Source: Candidatus Saccharimonadales bacterium (GTDB taxonomy: Bacteria; Patescibacteriota; Saccharimonadia; Saccharimonadales; UBA10212). From it: DNA of 64,000 bases. The stretch is taken from positions 7,656-71,655 of the forward strand of contig DASTHW010000013.1 of NCBI GenBank assembly GCA_035717985.1. Direction: 5' to 3'. Shown in pieces: positions 63,831-64,000 of this stretch; the first letter of the stretch is position 1, and every line of letters starts with the position of its first letter. A program made the position numbers and the translations under genes. Under the pieces are notes generated by a model. It had not been told where the DNA came from. It was given only the letters and a program-made list of their open reading frames with translations, and ran no database searches.

Positions 63831-64000
63831 AATTTGGCCAATTGTGGACTACCTGGGGATAAATGTAAAAAGCCTGAGCTTAAGCCGCCAAGGATGTATA
63901 TAGTACTGCGCAGTGCTGTCTGCCGGGGCCGCTTCAGGGGTTATAACGCACTATTTTGGCCGTAATTTTGCCGGTTAAAGCGGTTTTTAGGCCTAGGCGG

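Overview
This 64-kb window is a gene-dense chromosomal region of roughly 50% GC. Most genes lie on the minus strand, with short or overlapping intergenic spacers, strong Shine-Dalgarno sites and standard stop codons (genetic code 11). The content is mostly housekeeping. There are also several unusual fusions, a redox/detox accessory cluster, five tRNA genes (four of them tRNA-Ser isoacceptors) and a large lamin-tail-domain/beta-helix surface protein. The gene set and architecture (archaeal-type bifunctional PGI/PMI, split PEP-utilising enzyme, many fused or truncated housekeeping proteins, a big surface adhesin-like protein) fit a small-genome bacterium of the Candidate Phyla Radiation / Saccharibacteria type; this is inference, not proof. 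The most unusual signal is three short GC-rich cassettes, visibly around two-thirds G+C against the ~50% background. Each carries one small ORF with strongly GC3-biased, actinobacterial-style codon usage, its own RBS and a GC-rich hairpin terminator: ~11300-11700, ~49585-50260 and ~57040-57640. The third has a 34-bp tandem repeat just before its start codon and ends about 75 bp upstream of a tRNA-Ser gene. A promoter in host-like AT-rich DNA (-35 to -10 at 49519-49547) lies immediately upstream of the second cassette. This looks like horizontal acquisition from a high-GC donor. Other notable points: a tightly coupled operon polA -> methyltransferase-Nudix fusion -> nucleoside deaminase -> APH-like kinase -> YtoQ-like protein; a DnaG primase whose four zinc ligands are all substituted; a catalytically degenerate DHH/NrnA-like protein with a long Pro/Glu-rich tail; MscL fused to a C-terminal zinc ribbon; an XRE-HTH-HAD fusion; groESL with a sigma70 promoter overlapped by a CIRCE operator; and an att-like direct repeat of a tRNA-Ser 3' end.
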